Shown: positions 19,497-27,310 of the stretch, piece after piece
Layout of the letters: every line of letters begins with the position of its first letter
How positions within the stretch are numbered: position 1 is the first letter of the stretch
Translations under genes and position numbers: made by a program
Assembly (NCBI GenBank): GCA_963835875.1
Contig: CAWIGX010000003.1
Location: forward strand, 498,100 to 538,099
Length of the DNA stretch: 40,000 bases
Direction: 5' to 3'
Source of the DNA: an uncultured Nitrososphaerota archaeon
GTDB taxonomy: Archaea > Thermoproteota > Nitrososphaeria > Nitrososphaerales > Nitrosopumilaceae
The notes under the pieces: generated by a model
The model's database searches: none
What the model saw: the letters and a program-made list of their open reading frames with translations, nothing else
What the model was told of the DNA's origin: nothing

Positions 19497-20402
19497 TTAA
19501 GATCTATATTTCTCTAATGATGCATCACATATTTGTATTACTTTATTCAGAATAGTTGAGATTGTAGTAAGCTCTATCTGCAAAACGGATGATGGTTCAT
19601 AAAACTGTCTTTGTAATAGTCTCTTGGATTCTTCATTATCAGAATGATTGAATCCTTCTATTTGTGTATTGAATTTTGTAAGAATATGTAACATTTTTAC
19701 AACATCTTCTTGATCATTACCTAACAATTTCTTTTCCCTTAGAAATGACTCGTTTGAAAGTATTGCATCCCTCATAAAGTAAAGATCTATTGGCGTAGCT
19801 TTGATAACTGTTGAAGGGTGGATGGATTTAGCAAGATTAAGTGTTTGTAGGAATTCGTCACGAAGTAAGATGGCGGAAGAACGAAGCTTTTCAAGGTTTT
19901 TGATTTGTTCTACTGAATTACTAAATAGGTTTAAAATTGCAGTTCTTCCCACTCGTTGGCTTGAGCTATGAAGTCTTACGAAACATTGATCTGTGCTTGT
20001 TATGAAATAGGGTTTCTCTGAAGTTTTACTTTCTATTTTGATTACTGTATAGAATTTACTTTCATCATCTTCGTAAATGTGACGTATTGTTATAGTTGGA
20101 GTAGGTTCCACAAGGAACCTAAAATTGTTAATTTTGTTTCCAAGAGGATCTTCTTCGCCTTTTGTAAAACCTATTTTTTTAAATCCGATTAATGTTTTAT
20201 CGTCTTCGCCTTTTCTCTGACCAATTCCCAATACTATGAAGCCACCTTTGGCATTTGCCATTGCACATATGTCCTCATGAAGTTCACTCGGTTTATCCTT
20301 GAAATCAAATATCTCTGATTCTATGGATGGTATATTCATCATTTTATCAAGCAATTTGATATTGAATTCTTCTAATTTTTCAGGAATAGTAACTAATTCC
20401 AC
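19497..20402 (-). CDS. Schlafen/AlbA_2-domain protein
   Basis: ESEIFDFKDKPSELHEDICAMANAKGGFIVLGI matches the AlbA_2 (divergent AAA-4) E-x-x-x-E/D-F-K ... A-x-A-N-x-x-GG-x-I-x-x-G pattern. It lies 55 bp upstream of the NYN gene on the same strand. Confidence 0.55.
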   Translation of the reverse strand: MELVTIPEKLEEFNIKLLDKMMNIPSIESEIFDFKDKPSELHEDICAMANAKGGFIVLGIGQRKGEDDKTLIGFKKIGFTKGEEDPLGNKINNFRFLVEPTPTITIRHIYEDDESKFYTVIKIESKTSEKPYFITSTDQCFVRLHSSSQRVGRTAILNLFSNSVEQIKNLEKLRSSAILLRDEFLQTLNLAKSIHPSTVIKATPIDLYFMRDAILSNESFLREKKLLGNDQEDVVKMLHILTKFNTQIEGFNHSDNEESKRLLQRQFYEPSSVLQIELTTISTILNKVIQICDASLEKYRS

Positions 20403-20528
20403 ATACTGTGTTCATCTAAGTGATTATTATTTTCTAGTATTGTCGAGATATTCTTTATTCTTTAAATTTTAAGTCATAAATGTCAAAAGAAGTGATTATA
20501 TGAGTGCGTGACTATTATTGGATAGCCT

Positions 20529-21044
20529 ATGAATTATCGTGATAGTGCCATACAGTGGTCTAAAACTTTTCCATTCACAGTGTTGTGTGCCATAATGTCA
20601 ATTGTATTGACAATCAATCCATCTATTGTTAATGTTGAATTTCTTAAAACCTATTTGTTTAATCAATACGCAGGATGGAATATGTGGATAATAGGATTAA
20701 TCCCATTTGGATTTGGATTGGTAACGCTTGTAAAACTTGTTTTAAAACAATTCAAGAAGAAAAAACAATATACAAACGATGGAAAAATCTCATATAGATT
20801 TATTTTTGATGTAATACATGTTCCAATGTTTTATGCTATTGACCTTACTGCCATTTTTGGCATGATTATTGGATTATTGATCATATGTGTTCCCGAAGCT
20901 GCAAAACCAGAATATCATCAGATCCACATTTTTGAAGTATTTTTTAATGCTTTTTGCGTTCCTTATGTTTCAATAATCTATTATTATGGTAAAACATTAT
21001 GGGAAGAATCAGCCCCACACTCAATCATAAATCATTTAAAATAA
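20529..21044 (+). CDS. hypothetical integral membrane protein (about 4 TM helices)
   Basis: Hydrophobic segments throughout. No motif recognised. Confidence 0.5.
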   Translation: MNYRDSAIQWSKTFPFTVLCAIMSIVLTINPSIVNVEFLKTYLFNQYAGWNMWIIGLIPFGFGLVTLVKLVLKQFKKKKQYTNDGKISYRFIFDVIHVPMFYAIDLTAIFGMIIGLLIICVPEAAKPEYHQIHIFEVFFNAFCVPYVSIIYYYGKTLWEESAPHSIINHLK

Positions 21045-21117
21045 TCAGTAAAAACCAGTTACAAAATAGTAGAGATTTAAAAATTCAGGTCATTATTCTG
21101 GGGTTTGTCACATGTGA

Positions 21118-21600
21118 TTAGCGCTGCCTAGATATTTTGCGTAAACAGAAAAAAGCGTTAACGTCGTGCATGGATTCGTTGATTTGGCGCATGAAAATCG
21201 AGATATTAGCGCATAATAGTCGCGCATTTACGCGCGCTACAGCATGATAATCGAGCGTGTTATAGTTCAAAGTTCGTAAATGGATCCATCGCACGATTCT
21301 AAAATGCGCTTTTTTTAGCGCTAAGCGCATCAAGCACTCATTTTGCGCTAGTGCGATTCAAAAAGCGAAGGGCGGTTTTGCACAAAAGGCGCCAAAAAAT
21401 CAATGCACCGTGCACAGGCCTATCATCGGCGCATGATAAAAAAACGCGCACGCCGTAAATTGAATCATTCTTGGAATCAATTCCGCACGATACGGATCGA
21501 AATTCATGCGCGTATGGTTCCAGTAAGATCCGCTTTGAGGATCCGAATCATACGCGTAAAGATCCAAAATAATTGGATCCGAAATATGAAATGGTTCATC
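21118..21600. other. CpG/GC-enriched non-coding island with GCGCA/TGCGC and GGATCCGA repeats
   Basis: Sits between convergent genes. Hand counts of 60-nt blocks give about 42-45% G+C, against a visibly much more AT-rich background. GCGCA or its complement occurs about 9-10 times. GCATGA(A/T)AATCGAG occurs at 21189 and 21242. (A/G)GATCC occurs four times in 21527-21581. Confidence 0.5.
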
Positions 21601-21645
21601 TTTGAAACATGATAAATTATTTTAGATCTAAATTTATGAAAAGAA

Positions 21646-22211
21646 CTATTCTGGTTCTAACCTAATCACTGGCTGTCCGGTCTGGCCTATCTCTACTGCC
21701 ATCATGTCTAGAAATTCTTCAGCAACTCTTTGGTGAGCAAGTGATGTAATCAGAGACTTTCTTTTGAAATATCCTATGAGAATTCTCATAATCTCATATG
21801 CAAGCGGAGCCTTCCAAAGATCAAACTTTCTAGTCTCATTGATTTTTTTATAATCAGATATTGGAAAATCCCCAAAAAGTGCAGTCAACATATCAGCCAA
21901 AGGAGAAGGAGTAAGAGGTTTTCCAGAAATATAACGGTGATCAAATATCTCTTTTACTTGTTCGGGGTGTGCTACTAAACAAAAAACTCCAGATCCTTGA
22001 GGCCATTTTTGACGGTCTTTCTTGTATCGTACCAAAAATCAGGGCTTTCTTTTTCATCCTCCTCCTCATCCGTTGGTTTTGCCTTTACTCCTAAGAGTTT
22101 TCGGCGCTTGTCTTCGGTAAATATTCCTCCGTATGCATCAAGGTGATCCTTGAACTGATCGTGGATAATCTTACGATGTTTTTCTACAAGTTTTCGTCGA
22201 TAATTAGCCAT
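21646..22211 (-). pseudogene. hypothetical casposon protein split at a T6 run (-1 shift needed)
   Basis: ORFs 21975..22211 and 21646..22035 overlap in different frames. They join as ...KNGLKDLEFF|CLVAHPEQVKE at the homopolymer 21981..21986. The span is 566 nt = 3n+2. Confidence 0.5.
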
Positions 22212-22266
22212 ATTATGTCTAATATCGTCATGATTTGTCTATTAAGTATTTCGATCAATAGTATGT

Positions 22267-22644
22267 ATGAGAAGACTTGATAAACTGTTCAAGGAACTTG
22301 GCATAGTTAAAAAAGAAATAGAGTTAACACAGACATTCAGACCGACAAAACAAACTAGAGAATTTCTAAGACGTTTGTTTGCTGAATATAGTCATATTGT
22401 AAACAGTATCAAAAAATTGCAGTTATCTTCAGAATCAAAACAAGAAGAACGAAAACAAAGAGGGCATCGAGCAAATCTAAATCGTAGTACAAAAATGAGT
22501 CGGGCTTGGAGATTCTTTAAAGCAATACAAGAAAATTATCTTCCTGATACATCTACAAAAGAAATTCGATCACAATTTTCTAAATTCAAAAAGGGATTGG
22601 AGACTGACATTTCTAATATAATTTGGAGGAATCCTAGTCCATGA
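22267..22644 (+). CDS. small basic protein translationally coupled to polB (candidate terminal protein or accessory factor)
   Basis: 125 aa, rich in K/R/S/T. Its stop overlaps the polB ATG (ATGA at 22641-22644). Confidence 0.45.
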   Translation: MRRLDKLFKELGIVKKEIELTQTFRPTKQTREFLRRLFAEYSHIVNSIKKLQLSSESKQEERKQRGHRANLNRSTKMSRAWRFFKAIQENYLPDTSTKEIRSQFSKFKKGLETDISNIIWRNPSP

Positions 22645-24518
22645 CTTTACAAATACATCTTCCAAAATCAAAACCTAAAGATCTTACATACATCAAAACA
22701 AGAGAACAATATAGAAATGTAAACGGATCATCGCGTCGTAAAGCAGTAGGAATTGATACCGAAACACAAGACGGAGATATCTTTCTAATTTGTGATTCTG
22801 ATGGAAATTTTATAGACTATCCAAACATTACATTTGATAATATAGCAGAGTTTCTTTTCAAGCATGAAGGTTCTTGGCTGTTTTGTTACAATTTACAATA
22901 TGATGCTGAATGTATAATGAAATTATTACCTTCAGAGGTATTTGAGCCATATAGAAAGAAAAAGCAATTAGACTTTGAATACAAAAATTATTCAATTACA
23001 TACATTCCAAAAAAGCAACTCAAAATACAAAAAGGCAATCATACTGTTTCTCTTTACGATATTGCACAATACTATGACAATGTGCCACTAAACAAGGCAT
23101 ATTCTGATCACATCAAAAAACCTCTTGATCAAGACTATCTTGAAACTAAGAAAATGCGTAAATCTTTTAGTGTTAGACACTATCTTAGGCACAAAAAGCA
23201 GATTCGGAAATACTGTATTACAGATTGCATTCTAACAAAGGAATTAGCAGAGCACTGGTTAGATACATTCTTTGAGGCATATGGTTTCTATTCTGCAAAT
23301 TGGATTAGTTCTGGATATCTAGCAGAAAAGGTACTGATCCACGATAGGATACAAATTCCATTCTTTGGGGATACGTTATATGATATACAGAAACTAGCAT
23401 GGGAATCGTTTTACGGTGGACGATTTGAGCTGATACAGCGTGGATTTATCGGTGAATGTTATCTGTATGATATCAATTCTGCATATCCGTATGCTTTTAC
23501 ATTTCTTCCAGATATTACAGATGGAAAATGGATCCAATCTAAGAAAATAAATCCAAATTCTGCATTAGGGTTTTTTCATATTCGTGCACAAGTAGATTAT
23601 TCTGTCAAGATTGCACCATTTCCATTTAGAACTAAAAATAACAGGATAATCTATCCAACTGGAGAGTTTGAAACTTTTGTTACATTGGAAGAACTAAAGG
23701 CAGTAACTGGAGATCCAAAAATAAAATACAAGATAATTGATTCATACCAGTTCATTCCAAATGTAAATTGCAAATATCCATTCAAAGAATTCATTATAAA
23801 ACAATATAATAAAAGAATGGAACTGAAAAAACAAAATAATCCGCTAGAGCGCGCAATCAAAATAATACTGAATTCAATGTATGGTAAAACTGCACAACGT
23901 GTGAATAATAAAATGGGTAACTTGTTCAATCCCGTAATTGCGTCATATATTACAGGATTTGCAAGGGCACAACTATACAAATTTGTAAAAGATCATCAGT
24001 TGGAAAAACATGTAGTTGCTTTTGCTACTGATTCTATTGCTTGTAGAAAAAAGATTGTTGGGCTGGATAGTAGAAAACTAGGTGAGATGAAACTAGACAA
24101 GGAAGCAAGTGACGCATATTTTCTATCAAATGGATTTTATCTCATAAATGGAATATGGAAGAATCGCGGGATCGGGTACGATACCGAGAGAAAGGTCGAG
24201 ATCGAGCACTTGACTACCAAAATAGATCCTAAAGGTAACCTGTACATCACAGTTAAAACTACGAAAACTATGCACATCAAAAGCGGAATCATCTACAATA
24301 AACTCGACAAAATCGGCAAAATTGAGGAATATGAAAAGAAAATTGGTCTCAATTCAGACAGAAAACGCCATTGGTTTTCTGACTTGAAATCCTTGAAAGA
24401 AAAGACATTTTGCGATTCCGTACCCGTTCCAATTGATTTGGTGGATGATATTATTTCAAAGAACGAGATTGAATGGGTTACAGATGATGATGTGTATGAT
24501 CCTGAAAGTGAACTATGA
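22641..24518 (+). CDS. polB: family B DNA polymerase, protein-primed (pPolB) type
   Basis: Exo I GIDTETQDG, Exo II NLQYDAECI, Exo III YCITDCILT. Pol A LYDINSAYPYA, Pol B KIILNSMYGKTAQ, Pol C VAFATDSIA. Compact at 625 aa. Confidence 0.85.
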   Translation: MTLQIHLPKSKPKDLTYIKTREQYRNVNGSSRRKAVGIDTETQDGDIFLICDSDGNFIDYPNITFDNIAEFLFKHEGSWLFCYNLQYDAECIMKLLPSEVFEPYRKKKQLDFEYKNYSITYIPKKQLKIQKGNHTVSLYDIAQYYDNVPLNKAYSDHIKKPLDQDYLETKKMRKSFSVRHYLRHKKQIRKYCITDCILTKELAEHWLDTFFEAYGFYSANWISSGYLAEKVLIHDRIQIPFFGDTLYDIQKLAWESFYGGRFELIQRGFIGECYLYDINSAYPYAFTFLPDITDGKWIQSKKINPNSALGFFHIRAQVDYSVKIAPFPFRTKNNRIIYPTGEFETFVTLEELKAVTGDPKIKYKIIDSYQFIPNVNCKYPFKEFIIKQYNKRMELKKQNNPLERAIKIILNSMYGKTAQRVNNKMGNLFNPVIASYITGFARAQLYKFVKDHQLEKHVVAFATDSIACRKKIVGLDSRKLGEMKLDKEASDAYFLSNGFYLINGIWKNRGIGYDTERKVEIEHLTTKIDPKGNLYITVKTTKTMHIKSGIIYNKLDKIGKIEEYEKKIGLNSDRKRHWFSDLKSLKEKTFCDSVPVPIDLVDDIISKNEIEWVTDDDVYDPESEL

Positions 24519-25420
24519 TTTTTCATCAACTCTACAAAGATTTCATACTTTTCATGATTTTTTCAAAAGTTTCATTCTTTCAACTATTTTTCATGACTTT
24601 TCATTAACACTTCAAAGCTTTCGCTATTTCCTTGATTTTCAATGACTTTTCATCAACTCTACAAAGATCCCCACTCTTACCATGATTTTCCTTGATTTTC
24701 AATCATTTTTCGTTAGATCTTCAAACCTTCCATTCTTTCAACGATTTTCATGACTTTTCATCAGGTCTTCAAAGCTCTCAATCTTTCAATGATTTTTCAT
24801 GACTTTTCATCAATTTTTCAAAGTTTTCACTCTTCCAACGATTTTCAACGACTTTTCATGATTCTTTTCAAAGATCCTCCATTACTATGATTTCCTTGTG
24901 ATTTTTAATCACTTTTCATCATATCTTCAAAGCTCTCAATCTTTCAATGATTTTTAATCACTTTTCATCATATCTTCAAAGCTCTCAATCTTTCAATGAT
25001 TTTTAATCACTTTTCATCAGGTCTTCAAAGCTCTCAATCTTTCAACGATTTTTCATGACTTTTCATCAGGTCTTCAAAGCTTATCGTCATTTCCTTGGTT
25101 TTTAGTAATTCTTCAGTAGATCTTCAAGACTCTCATTCTTACCTTAATTTTCCTTAATTTCCTTCAGGATTATCCTAAATTCCCTCATGATTTTCCTTGA
25201 TTTTTAGTGATCTTCTATCAGGTCTTCAAAGTTATCATTCTTTCAATGATTTCTTATGACTTTTCATCAGCTCTTCAAACCTTCCATTCTTTCAATGATT
25301 TTTCATCAGCTCTTCAAACCTTCCATTCTTTCAATGATTTTTCATAACTTTTCATCAGCTCTTCAAACCTTCCATTCTTTCAATGATTTTTCATGACTTT
25401 TCATCAGCTCTTCAATGATT
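24514..25420. repeat. array of ~18 degenerate 49-bp tandem repeats (non-coding, pyrimidine-rich top strand)
   Basis: The consensus unit is approximately TTTTCATCAGGTCTTCAAAGCTCTCAATCTTTCAATGATTTTTCATGAC. 24900..24948 and 24949..24997 are identical. Two sub-families (..GGTCTTCAAAGCTCTCAAT.. and ..GCTCTTCAAACCTTCCATT..) cluster locally. The array starts on the polB stop codon. Stops occur in all frames. Confidence 0.9.
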
Positions 25421-25493
25421 ACATGAAACTACAAAAGTTAGAGAAGAAAAATATTAATCCGAAATGGATTTGTAAGTTTTTAAAATTCATAAA

Positions 25494-25553
25494 TAGAGAA
25501 TTCGATTGTATAGTAGAGAATTCGATTGTATAGTAGAGAATTCGATCGTGGAG
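25494..25553. repeat. 3 x 20-bp tandem repeat TAGAGAATTCGATTGTATAG
   Basis: Two exact copies and one diverged copy. The unit length is not a multiple of 3, so it is non-coding. Confidence 0.85.
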
Positions 25554-25572
25554 TAGAAACAAGGGGTATTGG

Positions 25573-25635
25573 TGATGACTGATGATGTGTTGATGATGAC
25601 TGATGATGTGTTGATGATGACTGATGATGTGTTGA
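25573..25635. repeat. 3 x 21-bp tandem repeat TGATGACTGATGATGTGTTGA
   Basis: Three exact copies. One top-strand frame reads (MTDDVLM)x3. Confidence 0.85.
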
Positions 25636-25767
25636 TGAGGTATAGACGATCTGTTAGGATCTTTTAGACCAATCAGAAAAGTACCTATATGTAGTAACTG
25701 CGGTCTCAAAGAAAAAAAGATCGCCGAAAAATGTTCGGTATGCAAGTCGCCTTACATACTTGCATAA
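25575..25767 (+). pseudogene. possible small repeat-plus-zinc-ribbon ORF, out of frame as sequenced
   Basis: ATG at 25575 gives (MTDDVLM)x3 and then stops at 25665. The +1 frame continues GIDDLLGSFRPIRKVPICSNCGLKEKKIAEKCSVCKSPYILA* (CxxC...CxxC) but has no start codon of its own. The span is 193 nt = 3n+1. Confidence 0.25.
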
Positions 25768-26345
25768 TTCTCACCTTAGGAAATACTGATAATCTGAATA
25801 AAATTTTTCAATCAAACTAAACTTTCATTTAAATTTTTAATGAACAATTCTCTAAACTATGTTATTTGTGATCTAATGTCTAGACTAGAAATTTGATCTT
25901 AGGCATGGATTAAATTTTTATGTTTAGTTCTTCAAATAATCTCATACTATGAAAATTGTAACGGTGTCAACAAAATTGATCCAAAGTCTAGCTTTAGAAA
26001 ATTATTTTTCGCCGCAGTGTTTATTTAACTCCCATTTGGTAAAAGTAGTAGGTTAAGAGAAGGGGATCATGAAACTCGGATGTGACCAATTCCTCTATAG
26101 AGGTACGAGCTCCCTTCTCCTCTGACCTATTTCTAAATCAGATTTAGTGATTTATCCTAATTACTTAGAATCTAGAATTCAGAGAATATAATCATAGTGG
26201 TTGCAGCCTTTGACAAAAAACATAGCAGTTGTTGTCATTCCCTTAGTATCTTTACGCTTAACCTAATTTCAAATGCTGAAATAGTTAATTTATAACAATA
26301 TCAAAATAACCTTGATCTTTTATACTCTGAAACTTGAATCCTTTC

Positions 26346-26492
26346 GTGACTGAAGAAAAACCAAGATCTCCTTCTAGAAACGATATTCAGGACAACAAGA
26401 TTCCCTTACAAGAGGCGTATAATCCAAAGGGGATAATTGCAGCTCGTGGAAAACAGCCTCCGCCTACAGAAAATACTAATACTCAAAATTAA
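26346..26492 (+). CDS. small hypothetical protein with a YNPxG motif (GTG start)
   Basis: The 48-codon ORF VTEEKPRSPSRNDIQDNKIPLQEAYNPKGIIAARGKQPPPTENTNTQN shares the (Y/F)NPxG(I/L)xxxR motif with the next ORF. Confidence 0.3.
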   Translation: MTEEKPRSPSRNDIQDNKIPLQEAYNPKGIIAARGKQPPPTENTNTQN

Positions 26493-26502
26493 ATTATGGA
26501 GT

Positions 26503-26700
26503 GTGGTAAAAAAGAAAAAGACTAGAAAAACTACTAAGATTAATTATGCGTTTAATCCCAATGGTCTTACTAAATCTAGAAATACAAAGAAAACTACAGA
26601 TGATAATTCTAAAACCATCAAACTTTTTGATTATAATCCAGAGGGCTTGATCAAAACACGTAATACTAAAAGAAAAAAGAAAACTAATAATGACGGTTGA
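26503..26700 (+). CDS. small Lys-rich protein with two (Y/F)NPxG(L)xK(S/T)RNTK repeats
   Basis: YAFNPNGLTKSRNTKK and FDYNPEGLIKTRNTKRKKK. An in-frame GTG at 26503 lies 10 nt after the previous stop. The track's ATG at 26437 would overlap the previous ORF. Confidence 0.35.
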   Translation: MVKKKKTRKTTKINYAFNPNGLTKSRNTKKTTDDNSKTIKLFDYNPEGLIKTRNTKRKKKTNNDG

Positions 26701-27100
26701 TACTATTGCTCAAGTAGTAAGTGCCGCAGCTGCTACAATAGGACTAATTTATGCTGGTTATCAAATCAGTTCAGATAATAAAACAAAACAATTGACGTTA
26801 TTGCAAAATGTCTATAGTGATATTAAGGAACTAGAACAGCGGTTTTACGATAAATATGAAGAACAGAATGAAGAAGAGAAACACACATGGGATTATCAAT
26901 TTTTTAATCAGTTAGAATGGTTTGCTTTTTTGATCAACAAGAAAAAAATAAAAGATAAAAATCTTATAGAATTCTTCAAATCGGCAATAATACAATGGTA
27001 TGAGAAAATTTTTCTTGTGCACTTTGATAAAGATGTAATAGATGACAAGGATCAATTTGATGAATTTAAAAAACTGTATCACAAATTCAAAGAATCTTAA
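26690..27100 (+). CDS. hypothetical protein with N-terminal TM anchor
   Basis: IAQVVSAAAATIGLIYAGY helix followed by a charged soluble domain. 136 aa. Confidence 0.5.
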   Translation: MTVDTIAQVVSAAAATIGLIYAGYQISSDNKTKQLTLLQNVYSDIKELEQRFYDKYEEQNEEEKHTWDYQFFNQLEWFAFLINKKKIKDKNLIEFFKSAIIQWYEKIFLVHFDKDVIDDKDQFDEFKKLYHKFKES

Positions 27101-27122
27101 TTTTAAATTAGTGAGATTTTCT

Positions 27123-27245
27123 CTATTCTGATTTCTTTTGAATTTTAATATGATGTCCGCATACACAGATAATTGTTTTTTCTTCATGGGCAGTAGTAGG
27201 TATTTCAAATATTTTCCCACATCTTGGGCATACAACATGTCCCAT
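27123..27245 (-). CDS. 40-aa zinc-ribbon protein downstream of cas1 (below the ORF-track size cutoff)
   Basis: The reverse strand from ATG 27245 reads MGHVVCPRCGKIFEIPTTAHEEKTIICVCGHHIKIQKKSE*. It has CPRCG ... CVCGH metal ligands and is on the same strand as cas1, 65 nt downstream. Confidence 0.45.
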   Translation of the reverse strand: MGHVVCPRCGKIFEIPTTAHEEKTIICVCGHHIKIQKKSE

Positions 27246-27310
27246 GAGATATCTGAAAATACCCTGTTAATAAAGACACAATTTTAAACCATATTTGTAA
27301 AATTATAGAC

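Noticed and set aside
21118-21612. Track ORFs 21118..21333 (-) and 21403..21612 (+)
   Set aside because: They are Arg-rich and low-complexity with no motifs, as expected from translating CpG-rich DNA. They are treated as non-coding.
24514-25420. Is the repeat array near cas1 a CRISPR array?
   Set aside because: The units are contiguous 49-mers with no unique spacers between conserved repeats, and variation is spread along the whole unit. The unit lacks the usual repeat-spacer periodicity. The array is 2 kb from cas1 with unrelated ORFs in between.
25419-25745. 108-aa minus-strand ORF with HQHIIS repeats
   Set aside because: It is the antisense reading of the 21-bp and 20-bp tandem repeats. 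The 20-bp unit cannot be coding, and the sequence is otherwise low-complexity.
26068-26130. C/D-box sRNA (ATCATGA ... CTGA)
   Set aside because: The C-box-like heptamer deviates from RUGAUGA. The CTGA lies outside rather than inside the terminal stem, and no convincing C'/D' pair was found.
26912-27238. 108-aa minus-strand ORF
   Set aside because: It runs antisense through ORF 26690..27100. Its first 35 codons are the wrong frame of the much more convincing CPRCG...CVCGH mini-ORF (27123..27245).
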